NCBI GenBank assembly: GCA_046563655.1
Contig: JAJCTO010000015.1
Span: 62,001 to 126,000 of the forward strand
Length of the DNA: 64,000 nt
DNA from: Yuukianura sp. NJ FZ-2021
Lineage: Eukaryota
Direction: 5' to 3'
In this document: positions 53,786 through 64,000 of the stretch, piece by piece
How positions within the stretch are numbered: position 1 is the stretch's first letter
Layout of the letters: each line of letters opens with the position of its first letter
Program-made: the position numbers and the translations under genes
Notes under the pieces: generated by a model
Database searches by the model: none
Told to the model about the DNA's origin: nothing
The model's input: the letters and a program-made list of their open reading frames with translations, nothing else

Positions 53786-56700
53786 TTAACTTCTGTATCC
53801 AGCGAGCGTGCGGTAGTTGAGCCGAACTTTTTTCCTCAAAGTTCTTCCTCCAGAGTTCGCTTCCTCCTCCGAGTCCGACCAATCCTCTGACTTAGTGGGA
53901 ATTTTCGGAACCGCAAACTGCGACGTGCGAACAGTATAAGGCTTCAACTCCGACACATGACGCTTTCCAAAATTAGTTTTTTCAGGCAATGTCACAAGTT
54001 TGAAGGTCACTGGGGTTAACACTTCACTAATTTGGTATGGACCAATGTAACGAGGATCTAATTTTTTCGCAATTCCTTTTGTCTGACAACGAATGATTTT
54101 TTATAAGCACTAAATCACCAACTTGAAAGTTTCCTTCTTGATGTTTAGAGTCATAATGCTTGATATTATGCTCATGTGCTTCTTCCATGTTCTTCCTCAC
54201 GAACTGAATAATTTCTTCCAATTGAGCAGGCAGAAGTCCTAACTTCCGGACTTCCCTGTCACCATCACTTTGTAAGTTCCTATCAAGGGGCAGCAGAATC
54301 TCACGACCTAAATTTAGTAACGCAGGAGTCACTTTAGTAGTCGAATGTACAGAAGTTCTAAGAGCCAATGCGAACTTCTGGAGATGCTGGTCCCATGATC
54401 TATGATTCTTGTCGACATAAGCCTGGAGCATAGGCTTAAGGTTCCGATTGACCCTTTCGACTGTGTTAGCTTGCGCATGGTACGGACTAACAGGCACATG
54501 GTTGATCTTCCAGACCTTGGCCATCTTAATCATCACTTTGGATAGAAATTGGCTTCCATTGTCCGACACAACTGTTTTCGGAGTACCATAACGACAAAAA
54601 ATTTCATCCACTAACACTTGCACAACTTTTTTCGATTTTGCTTTCCGCATCGGGAATAACTCCACCCACTTGGATAAATCGTCTTCCACGACGAACAAAT
54701 ACTCATTCTGATTTGAAGATCTCGGCAGTGGTCCCAGAAAATCAATGTAGATTTTCTCAAACACTTTAGTTGGAGGTGACACTGCTTGAAGTAATCCAAA
54801 GGGCTTGTAGTTGCAAGACTTGACCGCTTGACAAACTGGACACGATTTTACATAATCACTGATGTCCTTATTCATATTTTTCCAGAAAAATCTTCTCTTG
54901 ATTTTCACTTTTGTGGCTTTGATGCCAAGATGCGCTGCTTCTGGCACATCATGAAGTAACTTCATTATTTCGGGTATCATGACCCTTGGTACCACTGGCA
55001 CCTGAATGAGCTCACTTTTACGAGCTGAGGAACTGCTGAACTCTTTTTTGTCAACGTCCTCTAGAGTGATGTCGGAAGATTGAGGCCTCGTTTCCGCACA
55101 TCGCCCCTCGATAATGTCTCCGCAGAAACCATTATCGGAATAGAAGTCAAATCCCTTGACTTCTCTGCCTAGTACGCCATTCTTTAGGACGTAACTTTTA
55201 ACACTTTTACCACTTTCAATGTCACTGATCACTTTCACTAAATCAGGATCTTTTCGTTGTTCGTCTTTCATCTTCTGGATCGTAGGAGTATCAAACGACA
55301 GTAACGCCACTGCAGTTGGCGAGTACATGTACGCCGGGGAATCATCTTCAAAATCGAGATCCGCTTCATCGACAGGAACTGGAGCACGTGAAAGCGCGTC
55401 CGCCTCCACATTATCCTTCCCGGAGCGATGCTTGATCTCGACACCCCATGACTTGATCTCCGTATCCCACAAAGCCAATTTTGCTTTCCGCTCCTTCATC
55501 TTGTTGAGGAATGATAAGGCTTTGTTGTCAGTAATGATTGTGAACTTCTGACCTTCAATGTATTCTCTGAGCTTCCGGTAGGCCCAAATAATCGCGAACA
55601 ACTCTTTTTCATAAATGTGGTACCGAATTTCTGATTTTCGGAGTGTTTTACTGATGAACATCACTGGTCTCTCTACACCATTAATCACTTGAGTTAAGGC
55701 CGCACCTAACCCATAATTCGACGCATCACACTTTAGCAAAATCGGATGGTCGTAGTCAACTGCATGTAACATCACATCATTGCACATTGACTCTTTTAGT
55801 AACTGAAACGACTTCTCTTGCTCGTCACCCCAAACCCACGGTTGATTCTTTCTTAGAAGTCGGTACAGTGGCTCTGCCTTTGCAGCAAAATGTTCAATAA
55901 ATGGAGCATACCACTGAGTCATTCCATGGAAACTTTGAACTTCCTTGACGTTCTTCGGAGTAGGGAAATCCACTATGGCACTCACTTTTTTAGGACACTT
56001 TTGTAGACCATGTTCTGTCAAACGATGGCCCAACACATCAACCTCTCTCCTACAACACTGTAACTTTTGAGGACTAATGGTGAGTCCCGCCATCTTCAAC
56101 CTACTCAGCACTTTTTCTAAATGCACTAAATGTTCGTCCAGAGTCTTACTGAACAAAATGATATCGTCCATGTAGCACTTTGCAAACTTGGAGAATCCTT
56201 GGATGACTTTCCGCATCAACTGTTGACACGTCTTTGGACTATTTTTTAATCCGAATGGCATCACTAAAAACTCGTAGTGGCCATCTTGAGTCACGAACGC
56301 TGACTTTTCAACACTGTCCGGATGCAACTTGACTTGCCAATAACCTTTCGCAAGATCAATCACTGTGTACCAATAACCAGCAGGAATTGTGTGTAAAATG
56401 GAATGAGCACTTTCCATTGGCGCAGCATTCGTCTTCGTTTGTTGATTGAGCAACGTATAGTCCACACAGAGTCTCTTACTGCCGTCTTTCTTTGGTACCA
56501 CCACAACTGGAGCTGCATACGGTGACCTTGAAGGTCTGATTAGACCTTCCTTCAACATTTCTTGAATTTGATCATTGATGATCTTTTGCATTTCTGGTGA
56601 CCTTCTGTAAGGGTTCCTTGCCGGTGGACACCCTTCATCTTCTATCACATGATGAGTCAGGTCCGTCCTTCCCAACTTCCCATCACTCCGGACAACCGTT

Positions 56701-57239
56701 GGAAATTTCTCTAGGACACGCTGAACTCTCACTTGCACTTCACTATCTTGATTGTGACTTTCTGGTAAAGCCACTGAAAACAACGCAGTACCGGTTGTTT
56801 CTGTAGTGGAAGTCAATTTGAATTTCTGACTTCCATTGTCACCAAACCAAAACTCCTTACTTCTCAATCTAATTACAATGTCATTCTGAAAACAAAAATC
56901 AGAACCCAACACACACTTAACTGGCAACCCTTCCGCCACATAGAACTTCGACTTCAAAGTTCGACCACCAATTTTTATATACACAAAACAGAAGCCAATG
57001 AGACGCAGCTTCTGACTATTCATCATCGTTGTAGATTTATTTTTTAATGGAACTACAACTGACTTTAACTTTTCACATAACTTTACATCAATGAGTGACT
57101 GCGAACATCCCGTGTCGAAAATAGCCAAAAATTTCGAATCTTCATTCGCCACAGTCACAAAAGGAATTAAATCGTCCGAAACTTGAACTAAGGTAGGGTG
57201 AATGATGGACGACTTCTCATTCACCACTGCGCGTTTAAC
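53786..57239 (-). CDS. pol: Pol polyprotein (protease, RT, RNase H, integrase) with a frameshift at ~54077 before the GPY/F motif
   Basis: PR IFDTGCS; RT YMDDII; RNase H CDASNYGLGA, EKELFA, TDNKAL, ADALSR; IN H-H-C-C and IDFLGP, SDNGSQF, VERVNR. The +1 frame continues GIAKKLDPRYIGPYQISEVLTPVTF...RHVSELKPY to the stop at 53786. Confidence 0.95.
57169..57239 (-). promoter_or_regulatory. Putative -1 programmed ribosomal frameshift signal (G-UUA-AAC plus H-type pseudoknot)
   Basis: Slippery heptamer at 57239-57233 in gag phase, 7-nt spacer, 9-bp stem GGUGAAUGA/UCAUUCACC (57225-57197), and loop AAGUCGUCC complementary to downstream GGACGAUUU (57177-57169). Pol is in the -1 frame. Confidence 0.8.
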
Positions 57240-58743
57240 TTCTCATTAGAAGTCGACGCTTCATTCTTTTCAGGTGGCTCCTTCTTCTTCTTTGGAACTG
57301 GAGGTCCTTGAGGGACCTCCTCAGGAAATGACCCTAAAGCCAAACCAACACCTGATGGACACTGAAACTTACGATGCCCATAACCATTACACTTGAAGCA
57401 CTGAACATCACTTAAATCTTGCCGAGAGGTCTGACCTTGACCTCTGCCTTGACCACCACCACGATCACTGTCATTAGAAGAACCGCGATTACCACGGTAA
57501 CCGCCCTTTCCACGTGCAGATAATTCATTTTGAGGCTGCACTAAATTCTTGTCATAATTTGATTTTGAACTTTGACCTTGTGACTGGTCATTGGGTTGAG
57601 ATGAGGAATGTCCACTGTTCGGACTTCCATTACTTCCATTAGTCGGGGATTGATCACTGGAATAATTCTTGTAGCCATTTCCCTTGCCTTTCCAGTTTCC
57701 ACGGAAGCCATTATTTTTGGCTTCCTTCCCACGAATCCAATTATTTCCATTGGAAGTTCCAGCAGAACTTCCATTATTTGAATTAGTGGAATTATCATCT
57801 TTCTTGACTGACTCTGACTTTGAGTCGACCTTGACAATTGGAGGTAATCCGAATTTGTTTTTTGTGATTCTATCTTCTGCTGTCAAATTTGCATGTGCAA
57901 TTCGACATGCATCAAAAAGTGATTCCACTGTGTCAAACTGTTGAGTTCCTAGGGCTGTGCGAATCCTCGGATTCAAACCTAACTTTGCGCGTAGCACTGC
58001 ATCAGCCACTGACTCATGTGGATAAATTAATCTGGAGCACCGAACCACATCATACAAATAAAATTCAACAGACTCGTTGAACTGTTGTCTTCTTGTGTGC
58101 AGAAGCCTCGTTCGTTCTGCCACGTCCATCCAATTATCATATCTGTTGATAAAAGCATCTTTGAATCTGTCACTGTCACTAGGATGTGGTCTAGCCATGG
58201 TTGAGATTCTACTGGCAAGACCGTCTTCACAAGATAAAGAAACTGCCTCTGCTCGTGTCCTTGAGCAGTGAAGTAACGCTCTACTTCATTAAGGTAGCCT
58301 GCCGCTGACATCTTCTTTGGATCAAGACTCGGCACAGGCAATTTAGATGATAATGATGTGAACTTGATACTCTTCAATGCTGTTATCAATGCTTGGGTCT
58401 GACCAACTGGATCTGCCTCCGCAGGGGCTGGAGTCACCGCAGCGACTCCACCGGTCACCCTCTGAACTAATCTCTGCTCCACGCCGCGCACGGCATGGGC
58501 CACGGCCTCGGCCACTAATCTGTCCACTTCATCCTTGGTGTATGTTGCCATGGTTACAGATGAACCTGGGGCACTAACGATGATTTTTGGGGATGTACTT
58601 GGAGTCGGAATCTTACTTTCTTGACTTCGGAGAAACGGTCCTTCCGAATCTGATGTTGGACTAAGCTCTGGTAGCTTAAATGTCACTGTAGGATCAATTT
58701 CAAGATTTTTCAATTCTTTACTTACTGGTTTTTTGTCTGACAT
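57221..58743 (-). CDS. gag: Gag, split by a frameshift at ~58160-58180
   Basis: ORF 58743-58027 (YLNEVERYF...PWLDHIL) and ORF 58198-57221 (FKDAFINRY...RRQQFNESVEFY...) together form a retrotransposon capsid-like region. G/R/N-rich linker and CX2CX4HX4C knuckle CFKCNGYGHRKFQC. Confidence 0.88.
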
Positions 58744-58973
58744 GGAGTGGATCCAGTGGAAGTTGTTTCGGCAACTTCCTCCTTCTATGTACAGAATTTA
58801 CAGATGATCCACTTCAGAATTATGGCCACTTTCCTTTTGACCAAAGGTAACGTCCCCTCACGAACAATTACATGATGTCTTGATCCCACTTGACACAGAA
58901 TAAAAGTTTTTAAACACTCACCATGTGTTGTTACACCATTGTGACCTTTGACCTCAGCAGTAACACTCACAAA

Positions 58974-58983
58974 ACGGTCGCCA
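58974..58983 (-). other. Primer binding site, probably tRNA-Arg(UCG)
   Basis: TGGCGACCGT lies 2 nt inside the 5' LTR and is complementary to ...ACGGUCGCCA, the 3' end I recall for insect tRNA-Arg(UCG). tRNA identity not verified. Confidence 0.75.
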
Positions 58984-58985
58984 TG

Positions 58986-59400
58986 TGTAGCACCTCGTGC
59001 TACGTAAACTGCCAAAAATGGCCTCAGACAAACGATCCGAGCACTGCCGGACTCATGCAACGAACTGAGGAACCAAAGAACACCAAATGAAACAACACGA
59101 AGACAACACAAAGACTCGAAGACAAATAAATATAAAATATATTTATTTGTACAAAAGATACAAAGTCTTCAGCTCATGCTGAGACAAACACCAAAAACCG
59201 ACTGACTAGCACAACTAGTCTCCAATACTCTCCTGCCTCTCCTCTAACACGCTAACTCTCTCAAAACTCGCGCTAAGCGCTAAACCCAATCTCACTAACG
59301 GCTAAACTAAACCACTAACCTAACTACCCTAACCTAAGGCCACTCCCTAACCTCAAGGGCAATTGACCCTAACCTAAAGGGGGAAAACCGGGGCACTTCA
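58986..59400 (-). repeat. 5' LTR (415 bp)
   Basis: Direct repeat of 51279-51695 with TG...CA ends; followed on the minus strand by the PBS. Confidence 0.96.
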
Positions 59401-60371
59401 GACTTTTAAGCACACTCTAACCAGATTTAATGGCGATCTATCCACGCCAATCAAACTTGGGTTCCTGAAGTACTTTTCAGGAGGATTTCAGAAAAGTAAC
59501 TCATTTTCACCCGGCATCGCTCCGAGTGGAGGTTCTTGAAACAAATTTTAATAAAGAAAAGTAACGAGATGAGGGACGCCACGGCAAGTGAAAGTGGGTT
59601 CCTGTAGCACTTTTTATGAGGATTTCAAAAATGTAATTTACTTTCTGTTCATTCTCACATTTGCATGTTCATTCTCTCAAATTTATGTCGTTTTCGACAA
59701 AATGGTGCTCGGCATTGCTCAATGTGCCGTTTACCAACCCAAGATAAACTCCGAGGCAGTGCGGTTCATCCAGACTTTTAAGTACACTCTAACCAGATTT
59801 AATGGCGATCTATCCACGCCAATCAAACTTGGGTTCCTGAAGTACTTTTCAGGAGGATTTCAGAAAAGTAACTCATTTTCACACGGCATCTCTCCGAGTG
59901 GAGGTTCTTGAAACAAATTTTCATAAAGAAAAGTAACGAGATGAGGGACGACACGGCAAGTGAAAGTGGGTTCCTGTAGCACTTTTTATGAGGATCTCAA
60001 AAAGGTAGTTGACTTTTACCTAGCATCGTTCCGGAATGCATTTCTTTTGAATTCTTTGTTTTAAAACTTGAATTTTCATAAATAAAGGTAACAAGATGAG
60101 GCACGACACAGCAAGTGAAAGTGCGTTCCTGTAGCACTTTTTATGAGGATTTCAAAAATGTAACTTACTTTCTGTTCATTCTCACATTTGCATGTTCATT
60201 CTCTCAAATTTATGTCGTTTTCGACAAAATGGTGCTCGGCATTGCTCAATGTGCCGTTTACCAAACCAAGATAAACTCCGAGGCAGTGCGGTTCATCCAG
60301 ACTTTTAAGCACACTCTAACCAGATTTAATGGCGATCTATCCACGCCAATCAAACTTGGGTTCCTGAAGTA
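59401..60371. repeat. Satellite segment
   Basis: Same A/B/C sub-repeats, resuming at the TSD. Confidence 0.96.
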
Positions 60372-62027
60372 CAGTGCGTTCAATTACCCCCAGTAAATGC
60401 TTTCCCTTGGGTGGGGAGGAAAATCTCTTTGCGCGCCGAAATTGCGCGGCAAAACCAACTCACATAAAGAAAAACAAAACTTGTTATCTCACTTTGTTCG
60501 TCCAGCTGACTTAACTTTGAGATTTCAATTAGTTGTTTTTTGGTATAAACCAATTAATTAACGTGGTTGGGCTCCATCGTTGATCCTGATCCGTCACACA
60601 GTTTCACTCACCGCTTACTGAGGAAAACAAGGTAATTGAATTCGTAATTAACGAAATGTTGTTTGAGGAACCATAAAACCTTGAAATTGAAAACTAACAA
60701 TTTTTAATTGTCTTTTCAGTTGCGGTATGGCTGTTCCCTACTCCAAAAATCAACGAATTAAAATCGTCCAAATACGCTACCAGCATTTCAACGAATCTTA
60801 CACGGACGTAATGCATCGATACAACCTTGATCCTGCTTCCATCAATCGTCCAATGATTTATTCCAAAGATGTCAAAGTGATTATTGACAAATTTGAAGTA
60901 ACTGGCTGTGTTGACTCGTCACACCGGACTAAAGGAAGCCGACCACTGACTGCTACTGACGAAAATACTTCAGCAGTTGTCCTAGCCGCTTTTGAAGCGG
61001 AACCCCACACAACAATAGGGAATGTGGCCTTGGAATGTGGAATCTCACCTGGCTCCGTACATAAGATCGCAAAAAATACAAGTACCGGCCGTACAAAGTT
61101 CGAGTACATCAGCAGCTTAAGCAGACTGACTATGTCAAACGAGTTCAATTTGCTCAAGATTTGATACCGAGAATGAACGCAGTACCGGACTGGGCGAAAA
61201 GGGTGGTTTTTAGTGACGAGGCAAAGGTACTGTTGAACGGAGTTTTTAATCGCCAGAATTATCGGTATTGGTCAAATGATAATCCCCACTGGCTGGCAGA
61301 CTTGAAATCACAAGGTGCGCCAAAACTGGATTTATGGGTCCGATTCTTTGGGGACGAGGTCATTGGTCCATATTTCTTTCCGGGAAATGTGAATAGTGCA
61401 GCGTACCTTAACATGCTCCAATATTACGCCTGCCCTGAAATTTTACGTTCCGCGACTCGACAAGGCATTCCACATCACGACATCATTTACCAGCAGGATG
61501 GGGCAAGTGTACACTGGGCAATAGTCGTAAGGAACTGGCTCAACGCAACGTTTCCAAACCGCTGGATTGGTAGAGACGGTCCAATCGCATGGCCCCCGCG
61601 CAGTCCTGAGATGGCACCACTTGATTACTTTGGATTTGGGTTCATGCGCCAAAAAATTTTTTTACCTCCTAGAGCTCAAACGATTCCTGATCTCCAAAAT
61701 CGTGTCACACACTTTTTTAAAAATGAAATCACTGCCCAAATGCTGCGAAACGTTAGGCAAGGATTTTACGATCGTCTGCATCAGTGTTTGCAAGAGAATG
61801 GCCAACATTTCGAACATCTGCGTTAACTGATTAACATTTAGAAGCTTACTGTACGAATTAATTAGTGAATGGTAACTTTGATTTACAGTCCAACTTTAAT
61901 TGAACTTTAATTTGTTTCGTTTGATTAAAAAAAAATTTTTTTTAGAAGCCCGCGCAAAACTCGTCGTTTCCCGCCTTTTTTGTTTGAAATTGGAGAAAGC
62001 ATTTACTAGGGGGAATTGAAAGCACTG
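60372..62027 (+). mobile_element. DD41D Tc1/mariner-superfamily transposon, copy 2
   Basis: Same TIRs (one extra T>G change in the left TIR), TA duplication at 60370-60371 and 62028-62029, same target position in the satellite. Confidence 0.96.
60727..61826 (+). pseudogene. DD41D transposase, frameshift at the A-run ~61071-61076
   Basis: A6 versus A7 in copy 1 splits the gene into ORFs 60727-61164 and 61161-61826. Catalytic motifs are intact and the C-terminus ends ...ENGQHFEHLR. Confidence 0.88.
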
Positions 62028-64000
62028 TACTTTTCAGGAGGATTTCAGAAAAGTAACTCATTTTCACCCGGCATCTCTCCGAGTGGAGGTTCTTGAAACA
62101 AATTTTCATAAAGAAAAGTAACGAGATGAGGGACGACACGGCAAGTGAAAGTGGGTTCCTGTAGCACTTTTTATGAGGATCTCAAAAAGGTAGTTGACTT
62201 TTACCTAGCATCGTTCCGGAATGCATTTCTTTTGAATTCTTTGTTTTAAAACTTGAATTTTCATAAATAAAGGTAACAAGATGAGGCACGACACAGCAAG
62301 TGAAAGTGCGTTCCTGTAGCACTTTTTATGAGGATTTCAAAAATGTAATTTACTTTCTGTTCATTCGCACATTTGCATGTTCATTCTCTCAAATTTAAGT
62401 CGTTTTCAACAAAATGGTGCTCGGCATTGCTCAATGTGCCATTTACCAACCCAAGATAAACTCCGAGGCAGTGCGGTTCATCCAGACTTTTAAGTACACT
62501 CTAACCAGATTTAATGGCGATCTATCCACGCCAATCAAACTTGGGTTCCTGAAGTACTTTTCAGGAGGATTTCAGAAAAGTAACTCATTTTCACCCGGCA
62601 TCTCTCCGAGTGGAGGTTCTTGAAACAAATTTTCATAAAGAAAAGTTACGAGATGAGGGACGACACGGCAAGTGAAAGTGGGTTCCTGTAGCACTTTTTA
62701 TGAGGATTTCAAAAATGTAATTTACTTTCTGTTCATTCTCACATTTGCATGTTCATTCTCTCAAATTTATGTCGTTTTCGACAAAATGGTGCTCGGCATT
62801 GCTCAATGTGCCGTTTACCAACCCAAGATAAACTCCGAGGCAGTGCGGTTCATCCAGACTTTTAAGTACACTCTAACCAGATTTAATGGCGATCTATCCA
62901 CGCCAATCAAACTTGGGTTCCTGAAGTACTTTTCAGGAGGATTTCAGAAAAGTAACTCATTTTCACACGGCATCTCTCCGAGTGGAGGTTCTTGAAACAA
63001 ATTTTCATAAAGAAAAGTAACGAGATGAGGGACGACACGGCAAGTAAAAGTGGGTTGGTTCCTGTAGCACTTTTTATGAGGATCTCAAAAATGTAGTTGA
63101 CTTTTACCTAGCGTCGTTCCGGAATGCATTTCTTTTGAATTCTTTGTTTTGAAACTTGAATTTTCATAAATAAAGGTAACAAGATGAGGCACGAGACAGC
63201 AAGTGAAAATGGGTTCCTGTAGCACTTTTTATGAGGATTTCAAAAATGTAATTTACTTTCTGTTCATTCTCACATTTGCATGTTCATTCTCTCAAATTTA
63301 TGTCGTTTTCACACAATGGTGCTCGGCATTGCTCAATGTGCCGTTTACCAACCCAAGACAAACTCCGAGGCAGTGCGGTTCATCCAGACTTTTAAGTTCA
63401 CTCTAACCAGATTTAATAGCGATCTATCCACGCCAATCAAACTTGGGTTCCTGAAGTACTTTTCAGGAGGATTTCAGAAAAGCAAATCATTTTCACACGG
63501 CATCTCTCCGAGTGGAGGTTCTTGAAACAAATTTTCATAAAGAAAAGTAACGAGATGAGGGACGACACGGCAAGTGAAATTGGGTTCCTGTAGCACTTTT
63601 TATGAGGATTTCAAAAATGTAATTTACTTTCTGTTCATTCTCACATTTGCATGTTCATTCTCTCAAATTTATGTCGTTTTCACACAATGGTGCTCGGCAT
63701 TGCTCAATGTGCCGTTTACCAACCCAAGATAAACTCCGAGGCAGTGCGGTTCGTCCAGACTTTTAAGTACCCTCTAACCAGATTTAATGGCGATCTATCA
63801 ACGCCAATCAAACTTGGGTTCCTGAAGTACTTTTCAGGAGGATTTCAGAAAAGTAACTCATTTTCACCCGGCATCGCTCCGAGTGGAGGTTCTTGAAAGA
63901 AATTTTCATAAAGAAAAGTAACGAGATGAGGGACGACACGGCAAGTGAAAGTGGGTTCCTGTAGCACTTTTTATGAGGATTTCAAAAATGTAATTTACTT
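62028..64000. repeat. Satellite segment, most diverged units in the window
   Basis: Same sub-repeats with many private substitutions and a 4-bp duplication (gggttggtt at ~63056). Runs off the right edge. Confidence 0.96.

Larger units (their letters stand above)
51279..59400 (-). mobile_element. Full-length Ty3/gypsy LTR retrotransposon (8122 bp) with gag, pol and an extra Rrp6-like ORF3
   Basis: Two TG...CA LTRs, 4-bp TSD GACT (51275-51278 and 59401-59404) interrupting the satellite sequence ccaGACTtttaag, PBS, PPT, and PR-RT-RH-IN domain order. Confidence 0.98.

Noticed and set aside
58160..58200. Second programmed frameshift inside gag
   Set aside because: No slippery heptamer or stimulatory structure seen; a small deletion or sequencing error is more likely.
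51788..58577. Short plus-strand and alternate-frame ORFs within the retrotransposon
   Set aside because: Antisense or off-frame shadows of ORF3, pol and gag with no motifs.

Overview
Eukaryotic (probably invertebrate) repetitive DNA with no host genes. About 52 kb is one AT-rich tandem satellite whose basic 527-bp unit is built from three related sub-repeats (A 137 bp, B 155 bp, C 235 bp), each starting with a shared ~25-bp box. The array is nearly homogeneous on the left and becomes more variant, with local higher-order repeats, towards a TE-invaded right end. Inserted into it are two ~1.66-kb Tc1/mariner-superfamily DD41D (rosa/Visitor-type) DNA transposons at the same TA of the repeat (46403-48059, 60372-62027) and one full-length 8.1-kb Ty3/gypsy LTR retrotransposon on the minus strand (51279-59400). 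The most striking feature is a third, intact ORF in the env position of the retrotransposon. It encodes a recognisable Rrp6/EXOSC10-like DEDDy 3'-5' exoribonuclease with an HRDC domain and all catalytic residues, followed by a repetitive acidic tail, a CCHC-like knuckle and an Arg-rich segment. This looks like a captured nuclear-exosome nuclease carried by a satellite-resident retroelement. All protein assignments are by eye from motifs; no database search was run.
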